DNA of 64,000 bases from Mayamaea pseudoterrestris. Lineage: Eukaryota. The stretch spans positions 992,001 to 1,056,000 of the forward strand of contig BROI01000002.1 in assembly GCA_027923505.1 (NCBI GenBank). The letters are read 5' to 3'. The notes beneath the pieces are model-generated. The model worked only from the letters and a program-made list of their open reading frames with translations, was not told the DNA's origin and made no database searches. Shown one piece after another: positions 35,276-46,101 of the stretch. A program made the position numbers and the translations under genes. The stretch's first letter is position 1; every line of letters begins with the position of its first letter.

Positions 35276-37318
35276 ATGTCTCTGCTACTGGAGACTACAT
35301 ACGGAGACTTAGTGATTGACTTGTCCGTCGAGTCGAGTCCCGAGCTTTGTCGAAACATTTTGAAACTAGCATGTGCTCGATTTTATACTCAGTCACTCGT
35401 CTACAGCATTGACCGTGACCAAGGCTTGGCGACTTTTGGGTGTCCTTTTGGAAATGGTACGGGTGGCGCCAGTATATACGGATATTTGGATGCAATGCAG
35501 CGAAGGATTTCAGTCGAGGAAAGCAAGCAGCGATTCCTTAAATCATCCGCTGCTCCCCCCATCACGCTCGACGAATTTACCAAAAAGGGAAGATTGATGG
35601 CCGTTTGCATCAACGGAGTTGCTGATACGTTTGGATCGCAACTAATGCTGACATTGACCGATGATGACGAGCGGGCTTTGACGGATGAAGAATGGAGTCA
35701 GTCAACAGCAGCGTCACATCCTCGATTGCTTGGCGTCGTTGCAGAAGACAATGATCAAGTCTTGGTGAAACTTGCGGCTGCTTACACTGACAAGCAAGGT
35801 CGACCTTTTATTGACATTCGCATTCAACGATGTCGCGTCATTTACGATCCCTTTGACGATCCTCCTGGCATGAATGCCCTTCTGCAAGCGCAAGGAATTC
35901 GAATGGATGACAGTAATCAACGTGCCTTGCGGTCACCGTCACCGGAACGACCTTCCACCGAAGTTGTGCCTTTGCGCTTGTCCTCGGATGAAGTCATGCT
36001 AGACGATCAAGATGATCCCGACGCAGCAGCCAAGCGATACCAACTGGAGCAGCAGAGTCGAAGACGTGAGGATCAGTCACGCACCACCATGCTGGAACTA
36101 TTAGGAGATTTACCGCCGACGGAAGCGCAAACAGACAGTAGTCATACGACAGGACAAGCTGTAGCACCTCCCATTGCTCCACCCGATACAGTGCTGTTTA
36201 TCTGTAAACTCAATCCAGTAACGACCGCCGAGGACTTGGAGCTGATTTTTTCCAGGTTTGACACGAACGTGCGCGTCGACTTGCTCAAGGATGAGCAAAC
36301 CCTACAGTCACTACAATATGCTTTTGCGCATTTTCATACACCACAGCAAGCTACCGAGGCCTATTTGAAAATGAATCAAGCGCTTGTGGATGACCGTCGC
36401 ATCATTGTAGACTTCTGCCAGTCGGTCAGTCACGTTTGGGACAAGTATCGACAGCGGTTTCGAACGCATCCCAAAGGAACAAATTTGTCAACGATCATGC
36501 CGAGGGGTCATCGGGATGATGTTTCCAATAACAAGCGACGTGAACATGGTCAAGGTGGGGAACCTGTTCGAGGCAACCGAGATTCATCTCATGACATGCA
36601 ACGAGACGTTAGCTCATTATCACAACGGCAAGGTAATTCCCAGCGCTATCAAGTTGACAGATCCAAGCAACAGGGCAATCCTAGATTTGATGATGGAAAC
36701 TATGAGAACCAACGCTGGCAGCAGCCAAATACCGATGAGTTTGGTCGCCTAGTTTCTTCACGGCAACGTGGCAACGGAACTATGCATCATGGCGATCGTC
36801 AGCGCTATGAAAACGACGACCACAGTCCGCATGAGCATGGCGAAGTGTCGATACGATATGACAGTGCCCGGCGCTCTTCTCGGCGTGACGAATCTGTGGA
36901 CCGTCGTCGTCACGACCGATCAATAGATTCACACTCCCGAACGACTGAACGAACACGTCGAGACGATGAGCGCCAACAAGGACGTCTCGGCCGACAAGAC
37001 AGTAGTGACGACAATGAAGATTACCGTTATCGGGTCCAGCACCGTCGAAAGCGGAGTCATGATGAAAGTGGTAGTGATGAAAGTGAGCTTCCGCATCACA
37101 AAAAGCACAAGAAGAAGAAGGAAAGCAAGCGTCACAAGCACAAGAGACGTCACGACAGGGACACCAGCGACAAGCAAAATAGTGCTAGACAAGATGAGAA
37201 AGTCTACGAAGGTGCCGATGTGAGTGTTCGGCATGATGGCTTTGACAGGAGACAAAAACACGACAAGCCTAGTAAGCACGAGCGACATGCTGACAAGAAA
37301 CATCGCAGCTACAAATAA
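35276..37318 (+). CDS. PPIL4: Cyclophilin-RRM protein PPIL4/CYP59-like with R/D/S/H-rich tail
   Basis: MSLLLETTYGDLVIDL; RPFIDIRI...DPFDDP; LELLGDLP; PPDTVLFICKLNPVT...DLELIFSRF; SLQYAF; DDRRIIVDF. Confidence 0.88.
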   Translation: MSLLLETTYGDLVIDLSVESSPELCRNILKLACARFYTQSLVYSIDRDQGLATFGCPFGNGTGGASIYGYLDAMQRRISVEESKQRFLKSSAAPPITLDEFTKKGRLMAVCINGVADTFGSQLMLTLTDDDERALTDEEWSQSTAASHPRLLGVVAEDNDQVLVKLAAAYTDKQGRPFIDIRIQRCRVIYDPFDDPPGMNALLQAQGIRMDDSNQRALRSPSPERPSTEVVPLRLSSDEVMLDDQDDPDAAAKRYQLEQQSRRREDQSRTTMLELLGDLPPTEAQTDSSHTTGQAVAPPIAPPDTVLFICKLNPVTTAEDLELIFSRFDTNVRVDLLKDEQTLQSLQYAFAHFHTPQQATEAYLKMNQALVDDRRIIVDFCQSVSHVWDKYRQRFRTHPKGTNLSTIMPRGHRDDVSNNKRREHGQGGEPVRGNRDSSHDMQRDVSSLSQRQGNSQRYQVDRSKQQGNPRFDDGNYENQRWQQPNTDEFGRLVSSRQRGNGTMHHGDRQRYENDDHSPHEHGEVSIRYDSARRSSRRDESVDRRRHDRSIDSHSRTTERTRRDDERQQGRLGRQDSSDDNEDYRYRVQHRRKRSHDESGSDESELPHHKKHKKKKESKRHKHKRRHDRDTSDKQNSARQDEKVYEGADVSVRHDGFDRRQKHDKPSKHERHADKKHRSYK

Positions 37319-37349
37319 AGCTAGGGTATTTTTTAAACTTTGTACACGT

Positions 37350-39230
37350 CTAATTTAGTGAAAATTCTGCAGCCGAAAGTCGATCCACCGTTCTCGCCGT
37401 TTGACCCAGAATGTATATTGCGTCCGATGTGACAATTTGTCCGTGACGCCACTCCAAGCGAGGGTTCCCTTGAACCGCCTCCAGGACGCGAAAACCGGGA
37501 ATGTCTGGAGTTTCTGATAACAAATGCGTGTATTTCTCATACGCATCGTTTTTTGAAAATGCATGCTCGTCTTCGAAGCCACCCTTTTCAAACGTCCACC
37601 GAGCGTTTGGCGCAATCACTTGGGCAGCTCGCTGACCAATCAACGAAACGCCAGTCATTGCAGCTGCAACGTCAATGTAGACGTGAACGTCCTTGCTGTC
37701 ATTGCCATGCTCCAGTGACTCCTTGACGATGTAACCCAACCTATGTAGTGCTCGTCCACCCGGATAGTTCCAACTTGAAACCATGACAAAGGAAATACTC
37801 GCCACTAAAGAGAGTAGGAGAGCAAGTACCATGCACCCAAAGGAAAGTTTTTCAATTTTGCTAGATGGCTTGTCCTTGTCAGGTAGAGCAAATTCGTGGA
37901 TATGCTGACAACCAATGGCGGCAGCCATGTTCCATAACGGCAAGACTGGAAAGAGAAATCGAATTTCCTTGTGTCCGAGCAACGAGTACAACATGACAAA
38001 TGCAGCAGCCGGCAAAAAGAATTGTAGCCAAGTCGTGTCGAAACAACGCTGAAGCGACAAAGTACTGCTAGGCGCCAATGGTTGCTGCTGCTGCTGCTGC
38101 TGCTTCAAATTCCGCAAGTGATTCGTCATCCATAGCTGCAGCGGCAGGAACTTGATGAAGCTCAGCGGCACCAGACACAGCGTCAGCAACATGGACTTTG
38201 GCAATGCAGATGTTACATACCAGTGCCATGGGCTGGTGCCATACTCGACTGACTTGTTGTGAACCAAGTTTTCGTATAATACGACACCTTCTGGCCAAAC
38301 GAGTCGCTGCCACAACAAACTGTCAACTGGAACCGAAAGGACTATGGTTGCAAGCATGGACTGGATGCCAAGTCGAAGTGAGCTGATAATTGTTAATTGA
38401 CCCTTATATAGCCAAACTAATCCACATGGTAGCAGCAGCAACACTAAATCGCATCTTAACAGCGTCATGGCCACCACCAAGATGCAAGCCGCGCGATGTA
38501 CTTTTCCGAGTATCCAATCACTGTACGCATGTAGCGTCATGACAGTTGCAAATGAATTCGCCAAGAACCTTGACGCGTAGAAAGGTATGTGAAATTGTAC
38601 CGCCGTGACGAGCAGCAAGTAGGTGCCAAGAGTTGACGGAGACGAAATTGCGGGGCGACTAGTTTCCGTGGCTCCATCCCCTTGCTGCTGTACTCTCCAA
38701 TCCAAAGCTCGCGCCATGCGAAACCATGCGTGTAGCTGAAGCGCTAGTAGAAACAACCTCGCAAGAATATTCAAATGTTCAATCTCGAATGGAAGCAAAC
38801 ATTGCGTCAATCGACAAAGTGCGGAAATGATCAAGGGACCGGCAAAGGTTCTTGGAACGACTCCTGGGTATTGTAGATGGTCATACGGAAGCAAGTAAAA
38901 TTCCTTTGCTGCTTCTGCTCCTGTCGAATTTACGTGCATCAGTAACAATGGCTTGAGTCCAAAGTAGAAAGAGTCGTGAATGGCTTGGAGCGCAAAGGAT
39001 TCCTCCACCTTGCTGTATGGACACAGGAAGAGTCCCGTCAGTGAAACACTCAAAACTAATAATTGACTGCATAGTCTTGCAGCTGCTTTTCGTTTTGACA
39101 ACGTTAGTGAGAGAACCATGCCTTTGTCTTGCCCAAGGATGATGGAAGCGGCATGGGTGTCGAGTCGGCGGTCATGCATCTTGCAGCTCGTCGTCGGCTC
39201 GTTCCATGAGCGAGTCGTTTCGGTACTCAT
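37350..39230 (-). CDS. ALG12: Dol-P-Man:Man7GlcNAc2-PP-Dol alpha-1,6-mannosyltransferase (GT22)
   Basis: PYSKVEESFALQAIHD, YDHLQYPGVVPRTF, FYASR, HKEIRF, NYPGG, VYIDVAAAMTGVS; start codon uncertain. Confidence 0.92.
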   Translation of the reverse strand: MSTETTRSWNEPTTSCKMHDRRLDTHAASIILGQDKGMVLSLTLSKRKAAARLCSQLLVLSVSLTGLFLCPYSKVEESFALQAIHDSFYFGLKPLLLMHVNSTGAEAAKEFYLLPYDHLQYPGVVPRTFAGPLIISALCRLTQCLLPFEIEHLNILARLFLLALQLHAWFRMARALDWRVQQQGDGATETSRPAISSPSTLGTYLLLVTAVQFHIPFYASRFLANSFATVMTLHAYSDWILGKVHRAACILVVAMTLLRCDLVLLLLPCGLVWLYKGQLTIISSLRLGIQSMLATIVLSVPVDSLLWQRLVWPEGVVLYENLVHNKSVEYGTSPWHWYVTSALPKSMLLTLCLVPLSFIKFLPLQLWMTNHLRNLKQQQQQQQPLAPSSTLSLQRCFDTTWLQFFLPAAAFVMLYSLLGHKEIRFLFPVLPLWNMAAAIGCQHIHEFALPDKDKPSSKIEKLSFGCMVLALLLSLVASISFVMVSSWNYPGGRALHRLGYIVKESLEHGNDSKDVHVYIDVAAAMTGVSLIGQRAAQVIAPNARWTFEKGGFEDEHAFSKNDAYEKYTHLLSETPDIPGFRVLEAVQGNPRLEWRHGQIVTSDAIYILGQTARTVDRLSAAEFSLN

Positions 39231-39387
39231 GAGTCCCGGTCGTGAGGTACGAGACTCGAGTTGTCGCGCAAGCGGCAAGCCAAACAATGAAAGGATTGCA
39301 CTCACATCAGTGACTATCAACCTGCCAAACCACTATTTCTGCTGGTAGTCATATACATATTTGCTGACTGTAACAGAGCAAGCTTCC

Positions 39388-40578
39388 ATGACGCCGCATG
39401 CCCTGAACAGCGACGCGTTATCGGCTACGAGTACTGCTGGCAAAGCTCATCTCACCATGCGACTCGCAGAATTGCTAAAGATGGATGATGTTGCTGAAGG
39501 CATGATTGACTACTTGCTAACCATTGATTCCAGAAATGTACGAATTGTCGCTTGAAAAAGCTGGTTGCAGTCTTGCTTGCAGACGTTCATGGCATTCTCT
39601 CATTACTCATTAACGTCCTCCTTCTCCTTCCATGTCACGCATCAATAGGATCTCTTGGAATATCTTACACAATTACTCGGAGCTTCTAATGGCGCAGTCA
39701 CAAGCTTTGTTGACGATGTATGTAGCTATCAGCGTGGAGACTTGGTTGTTTCGGCTCCAGCCGCTGACGAGATACCACGACAGCGGGAGCGAGATTATTC
39801 AGGAGCAACATCCAGTCGCACAAGTCGCACCAGTCAATTAACAACGAACAGCAACAAGAAGCAGCAGCAGCAGACAACCATCAAGACAATAGCAGCTACC
39901 GCCAAGACAAAAGCAGCTGCCGCCAATGATGCGCCTGCATCGGACGAAAAACCGGCCGCTACGACTCCTCCAGTTGCAGCAGCAGCAATTACCAAAGAAA
40001 TTGTCCAGCCAGCCACCTCTGCACTCGCCGAACTACCAGCAAAACAAAAGTTACAACAGTCGCAGCAGCAGCAACAACCAAAGCCACGTCCATTACCAGC
40101 AAAAGGAAAGGCAGCCAAAACGTGCGGTTGTTTTGGAAACCTTCATCAAGCCTTGACGAATTGTTTGTATTGTGGACGCGTCGCCTGCCAGGAGGAAGGA
40201 TACACATTTTGCCCCTTCTGTGAGTACCAGCTAGAGCCGGTCAAGCCTCCCGACGAAGATAGCAGTAGGTAAGATATTGTCTGTTAACGACCAATGCCAC
40301 TGGCACCAACCACTGTTCTCACTCATTTAAACCCTCCTCAAACGTTTCGTCTCAGCGAACAAGTTACCGCCTGGGAACTCAAGGAACGCTTGCTGCAGTA
40401 CCAAAGGGAGCGGACCTCTCGCACCCAGGTCATGGACGATCAAGTCGTTGGTGGTGCGCCGTCCTCGTCGAAGCGGTGGTTGACTCGAGACGAGGAGGAA
40501 CAAGCCACCAAAAAGGACGAGGCATATCGTCTGAGTATGCAGCAGCGAGCAGCCATGCAGCTCAACATAGGATTGTAA
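39388..40578 (+). CDS. zf-C2HC5 protein, TRIP4/ASC-1/Rqt4-like (introns 39538-39648, 40269-40355)
   Basis: CGCFGNLH...NCLYCGRVAC...CPFC finger followed by LKERLLQY...RTQVMDDQ; both splice junctions stay in frame. Confidence 0.82.
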
Positions 40579-40990
40579 ATATGTAGCTGATTGCCTACGA
40601 TTGAACATGAGTGTTGCAGTTGCTATGGACTGGAAGGCAAGCACATCTAAAATCTAAATTGCTGCCGTTACTACCGTAGCTAATTAAAGCGGCAAGAAAA
40701 TCTGCACCTACAGTACTGTTACTGTTAGAACTTTGACGCATCAGCGCGGCGACCGCGTGTTTGACAGTGAGAGACAGCCAACGCTGTTTTCTACGCTTCA
40801 GCAACTAACTCCCCAGTGTGAGGGGATCATGTCGAGCGGAACAACGAGAAACTGCGCCGACAAGCTGCGAGCCATGCCACGAGACAAGTCATAGACGGCT
40901 AGTTTAACTGGAAAGGTTTCTGACATGACTAATGTAGCGAGTGCAATGTATGCTGCCAATCATGTTCGTGTGGGCGATGCATGTCGAACA

Positions 40991-41393
40991 AGACGGAGCA
41001 GGTCGATCTTGCGTCTTCATAGGGCAATAGCACGAAACAAGTGCCAGTGTCAATTACGTCATGAGGCTATAGTATAAAACGAGTGCCAGTGAAAACGAAG
41101 CCTAAGGCAATAGTATGAAACGAGTGCCAGTGAAAACTACGTCACAGAGGCAATATTGTGAAACGAGTGCCAGTGAAAACTGCGTCATAAAGGCTTTAGT
41201 ATGAAACGAGTGCCAGTGAAAACTGCGTCATGAAACGAGACGGAGCAGGTCGATCTTGCGTGTTCATAGGGCAATAGCACGAAACGAGTGCCAGTGTCAA
41301 TTACGTCACAAGGCTATAGTGCGAAACGAGTGCCAGTGAAAACTGCGTCATAAAGGCAATAGTATGAAACGAGTGCCAGTGAAAACTGCGTCA
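40991..41393 (+). repeat. Tandem array 2 of the 42-bp unit (8 units) with an internal higher-order duplication
   Basis: (G)AAACGAGTGCCAGTG cores near 41033, 41076, 41117, 41160, 41203, 41281, 41323 and 41366; AGACGGAGCAGGTCGATCTTGCGT block at 40991 and 41238. Confidence 0.95.
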
Positions 41394-41482
41394 GCAAAGC
41401 TTACGCCGAGGATCCATTTCTTGCCATCACACTATGTCGTCGGCTGCTTGACCATCCATCTCGTTCATTGGTAGACGGAAAC

Positions 41483-42559
41483 ATGACAACAATGTTACGA
41501 TCAAGACGATGCATATATGGTTGGCTGATGACTTCATCTTGCCTATCTTTGGTCTTCTCGCTGGTAGAGGCAAACAAGAATCTGCTATCATTTTCAACGC
41601 TTCCATTGACAGCCTTCTTCACGCATCAGCAAGAACATCAACAGCACCAATCAGCTGCAGCAACGAGTTCGTTCCTTAATAGTATATCGAATCATGACTC
41701 AGAAACTGAGTTTCAGTTTGGTAAGCAAGACAACGACGAAAGTCTGGACCAAGGAGAAAACGAGGAGATTAACCGTCAAAAGTATCGTGACGCCGACGAC
41801 AACTACATGACGGAATCGACTTTTAGCTTGCAGGAGCAACTCCAACGAACAATGATTATTTCACCGTCACTCCTAGCATGCGACTGGAGCTGCGTGCGCG
41901 ACGAAGTCCAGCGCTGCACTCGCGCTGGTGCGACTCGATTGCACATCGACGTTTTCGATGGCATCTTGATTGACTCGCCGCAAGCTCTCACATTTGGTCC
42001 ACAAATGGTTCAAGCTATTCGAAAGAGCTGCCAAGATCAAACTGGAGACGCAGTTTTGGATGTTCACATGTGCGTCCATCGTCCGGCGCGATACGTGTCC
42101 GCCATGGCGCAAGCCGGAGCATCTCGATTCATTTTTAGCTGGGAATCTGTCGGCTCACTGGACGAAGCCATTGATTTAGCCTTTGAAGTCGCATCGACCG
42201 GCATGTCCTGCGGGGTTTCCATCAATCCATCGACAAACTTTGAGGAGATTGTTCCGTTACTGGAAACAAACATGCTGGATTGCGTAAACGTTTTGGCAGT
42301 TGAACCTGGATTCGGAGGTCAAAAGTTCCAGTTGCGAGCACTGGAAACAGTGGCGCGGCTGCGAGCATTCCGAAACCTTTCCTCGATTGACTTTGAAATC
42401 ATGGTGGATGGTGGCATTAACCATGAAACGGCTGGCGAAGCAGCTTATGCCGGGGCAGACATTCTCGTTTCCGGTAGCTTTATGTTTGGACATCCGGGCG
42501 GAATCTACCTTTGCATGGTGGATCTTCTAGGCGAGACGCAGCGCTATACTCAACAATGA
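41483..42559 (+). CDS. RPE: Ribulose-phosphate 3-epimerase with long N-terminal presequence
   Basis: ISPSLLACD, LHIDVFDG, LTFGP, DVHMCV, GVSINPST, VEPGFGGQKF, IMVDGGI, AGADILVSGS. Confidence 0.93.
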   Translation: MTTMLRSRRCIYGWLMTSSCLSLVFSLVEANKNLLSFSTLPLTAFFTHQQEHQQHQSAAATSSFLNSISNHDSETEFQFGKQDNDESLDQGENEEINRQKYRDADDNYMTESTFSLQEQLQRTMIISPSLLACDWSCVRDEVQRCTRAGATRLHIDVFDGILIDSPQALTFGPQMVQAIRKSCQDQTGDAVLDVHMCVHRPARYVSAMAQAGASRFIFSWESVGSLDEAIDLAFEVASTGMSCGVSINPSTNFEEIVPLLETNMLDCVNVLAVEPGFGGQKFQLRALETVARLRAFRNLSSIDFEIMVDGGINHETAGEAAYAGADILVSGSFMFGHPGGIYLCMVDLLGETQRYTQQ

Positions 42560-43039
42560 GGAACTTATGAAAGGTTTGTTACGATTGGAGATAATAATTT
42601 GATGCTCGTCGATTGAGTTGCAGAACCGCATGCTGCGTAATTTTGACTTGCATCAAGTGCACCTGCCGCTCGGATACGAGTCATCGTTGGATCGGACGAT
42701 GTTAGCGTAACTTAATGCCATTTGGTATCGTGTAAGTGTGGTCATGCCTCCCGTACAACTCGCAAACCGGTGGCGCAGCAAACGTACGTATATTGGTAGT
42801 TACATGCATGTGAGGGGATAATGTAATTAGCCATGAAATGGATGCCGCAAGCTTTCTCTTCATACTATGAAAATGTAACCGTGATCATTCTCTACATTCG
42901 CAAAGCATTGCACGCGTAAGATGCACGCGTAAGACATAATGGTAATATCAAATTATTCTACAGTTGTATATCGAATGTATTGAAACGTGCAGTATTGTCC
43001 TCCGACAGCAATCACCGTTTGAAATTACAAACGCCAATT

Positions 43040-43875
43040 ACAGTTGTTAATCAACTTGGTAAAGGCAATATTCTCGCGCAAATAATAAAACAAGCAAGTC
43101 TTGTTGTATCTTACATCAGGACACCCAAGGAGTCGACATCCCTCCTCCTTGTCGCCAGCATTATCGCGTTAATTTGATCTCCCATTCCGATTGAGAGCAA
43201 GGATGGACTGTCAGTCCATCACGTAATTAGTCGACATGGCCTCCAACATGCGTTTCCGCTTTGCCAAAATGAGCAAGTAAAAACACTCTTCTTCAACCCG
43301 TGACATATTGTGAGACAAAGCGGCACTGCCACGTCCATCAGCCGTGAAATGTAGCGAGCATATAGTCAATGAGTTTAACCGAGGACATACGGCCCCGCTC
43401 CGCACCATGCAGACATTGATTGAGTCGTCGCTGCTATCAGTCTCAGCATGTACACATTTTAGCTTCAACTCTGTGAATTGTGGAGCTGTCCTGAGCACAT
43501 CGAAGAGCATAGAATATGCCTTCGAAGTGCCTCGGCTATGGCGACCATATACATCGTGAGCCAGTCGGTGTGCGTTTACAGTTGAGATAATTCGTCTGAT
43601 ATGGTGAGCGAGTTTCTTTGCGTTGGACTTCCAAAACCGTAGTTTTCGAGCGTGCTGGACGATCGGAGCGCCTGTAACAGTTGATTGCTTCGATCATCTT
43701 GGAGCGCTGCTCAAGTTCCGGACGATACGAGTCGCGCCATCGTCATCGAGGTTGTAGAGACCAACGAATAACCCAACACCCAAATAAAGTTCACACCTGC
43801 CTTACTGGAATCCCTTGCACGGACGGCATCAACTAACTCGATCGAGGAAGACTCGAGTAATGCGGATGGTTCCAT
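43040..43875 (-). pseudogene. Degraded copy of an RNI/LRR-like multicopy family gene
   Basis: Fragments across frames: QLLQALRSSSTLE...; LEAMSTNYVMD*QSILALNRNGRSN*RDNAGDKEEGCRLL...CLFYYLREN. The LNRxGR...YYLREN tail is one I recognise from diatom RNI-like proteins; stops and frameshifts are present. Confidence 0.65.
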
Positions 43876-44236
43876 TGATCCAGGCAGATCAATCTCATCG
43901 CTGAAACCAACGTAAGACTTGCAATGGAAGAGTGATTAGGAATTCGGACGAGGCAAAGATGACGAAGGAATGCAAATTGACGATGATGCAACCTGCCTGC
44001 AGTCGCGCTCATCGCTTGCGGCGCGGCGCGGGTCGTGACTTTGATGACGTCGGACCGCGACTAGCTGCGACACAAAAAATCGCGTCGCCGCAAAACCCAC
44101 CACGGCAAAACGGTGTGAGGTCATTCACCAGACCAAATCACTCGCACTCGTACCTACTTCTTGTACGAGCGGCGACAAGGCTTATCAATGTCGTGAGGAA
44201 GAAGAGACGACGAGATTACGAGTAGTCTGCTCGCAA

Positions 44237-45349
44237 ATGACGGAGCCTTCCGCGACATTGTCGGCATCTCGGCGTAACGACAACAAAAACGAAAGCAATC
44301 TACCTGTAGTGAGCGAGAGACTATCGGCCGAAGGCACAGTCAATCTAGTATCAAATCACCAATTACCGGTATATAGCAAGAATGCTAGAGGAAGTGACAT
44401 TTTGACACTGGACATTGGTGGAGAAACGAGTGTCAAGACTCGTCGCAGCACCTTGACGTGCGTGGCGAATTCGGAGCTTGCCAAATTGTTTAGCGGACTA
44501 TGGGACGACTCGCCACTACGAGACGACCAAGGCCGTTTCTTCATCGACTGCGAACCGGAAATATTCATGCCACTTTTGAAGTTTTTACGCTGTTTCAATC
44601 TGGCAAAGATTACTGAGTTGGAGCGCGACTATACGCCGCCCATGACGCCGTCCTTTGAGAATGCGCGCGACGAAGCAGCTTTTCGTGCCATGGTGGACCA
44701 TTTTGGCTTGACCAACATTTTTTACAACTACGAGATTTACAAGTTTGGTCAAACCTTTGTCACATGGTACAATCGTCAGCTGGTCTCTCGAGACTGCTCC
44801 ATTTTTGATTGTTCGCTCCGACTCGGTGGTTCCATCCCCGCCTACAGCTCATGCTTTGCTCTTGATCGACCAGATGTTTCGTATGGAGCGTCTTGCCATT
44901 CGCGACCAGTGCAATCGTTTGATGTTGTGCTTAGTCAGCCATCGTCTTCGCATTACGCCATTGGTTGGATTCGTCAAAACCAAGTTCTTGCCGAGACTGA
45001 GAAAAACTTTGACGCCATGACGAGTCGGATCACCTTTGTCACAAAGTACATGCAGTTGCGCTACTACGACCGAGACGGAAAGTATTGTCACTCCAAAGGG
45101 GTCACAAAGTTGCTCGCTTCAGACTGTGTCCTTCGCTGCAGCAAGGACCGTTATACCAACGAGTTTCAGTGGTTTCTCAATGGTATGTTGGTCGCTGAGA
45201 CCAGCAAGGCCCTCGCATATGGCACGGAGCAGATGGATCGGAACGTTTGCCGCCTTGGCTGGAGTGTTCCGGACGACAATTACGAAATGATTCCCTATGT
45301 AGAAGTCAAATCGGGCACGAGCCGCTTCTCGGCTTTGGAGTTGGCGTAA
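44237..45349 (+). CDS. BTB/POZ (KCTD/T1-type) domain protein
   Basis: ILTLDIGG...KTRRSTLT...SELAKLFSG.W...DDQGRFFIDCEPEIFMPLLKFLR. Confidence 0.85.
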   Translation: MTEPSATLSASRRNDNKNESNLPVVSERLSAEGTVNLVSNHQLPVYSKNARGSDILTLDIGGETSVKTRRSTLTCVANSELAKLFSGLWDDSPLRDDQGRFFIDCEPEIFMPLLKFLRCFNLAKITELERDYTPPMTPSFENARDEAAFRAMVDHFGLTNIFYNYEIYKFGQTFVTWYNRQLVSRDCSIFDCSLRLGGSIPAYSSCFALDRPDVSYGASCHSRPVQSFDVVLSQPSSSHYAIGWIRQNQVLAETEKNFDAMTSRITFVTKYMQLRYYDRDGKYCHSKGVTKLLASDCVLRCSKDRYTNEFQWFLNGMLVAETSKALAYGTEQMDRNVCRLGWSVPDDNYEMIPYVEVKSGTSRFSALELA

Positions 45350-45756
45350 CTTTTTTGTTGCATTGACAGAAGCCTGCCTTCCACAGCAGCGTTTCTTGTC
45401 ATGTTTTTGAATAAATCACCCTTTTGACGTCGTTGCTACTTGCACTGCGCACTTTATACAAAAGACCCTGTCCATGACAGGTGGCAGTTCCGTCAATGAA
45501 CAAGTGTCGCAATTTCAAGCTCCACTACAGTACTGTACTCGAGTAGACACAATATGTCCTATGCACAATGCATGCACATACCACTGATCATCTTTGTTTC
45601 GAATAATGCTCATATGAAGGCCTATCATCCTGACTGTCGAGGAGGCGCAGCGCTCACTCGTAGCAAGCGATTCCCAGGCTCAGGGTAGCTTCAGTCGTAC
45701 CGGTTTACAAATCGCTGCTTGAAATTTCGACCAAAAATTCGTCAGTCATCGTCACC

Positions 45757-46101
45757 ATGGCATTTGCATCTCCACCCGTTCTATTCCGGTCCATCCTCCG
45801 AGCTCACAAGAGGCATCTTCCAACAGACCTCCGATCGCTTGGGGATGTCTATGTGAAGCAAGAGTTTCGATTGCACAAAACAGCAAAGCCAGAGCAAGCG
45901 CTCCAATTCATGAACGAATGGTCACACTACCTTGACCAACTGTCCATGACGGCACGCGCAAGAGACAGTGTCCGAGTCGGAGCCGTCGATAATGACGTAT
46001 TTGATTTTGGAAAAAACTTGCCACGCGATGTCGAGTTGTCGGAGGAGCAGTTGCAGCAGCTGGAGACGCTCCGCGAGGAAGCAGCCAAGGCGCGCAAATG
46101 A
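45757..46101 (+). CDS. SDHAF3: Succinate dehydrogenase assembly factor 3 (ACN9/Sdh7, LYR family)
   Basis: LFRSILRAH..LP..LRSLGDVYVKQEFRLHK...FMNEWSHY...LSEEQLQQL. Confidence 0.9.
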   Translation: MAFASPPVLFRSILRAHKRHLPTDLRSLGDVYVKQEFRLHKTAKPEQALQFMNEWSHYLDQLSMTARARDSVRVGAVDNDVFDFGKNLPRDVELSEEQLQQLETLREEAAKARK

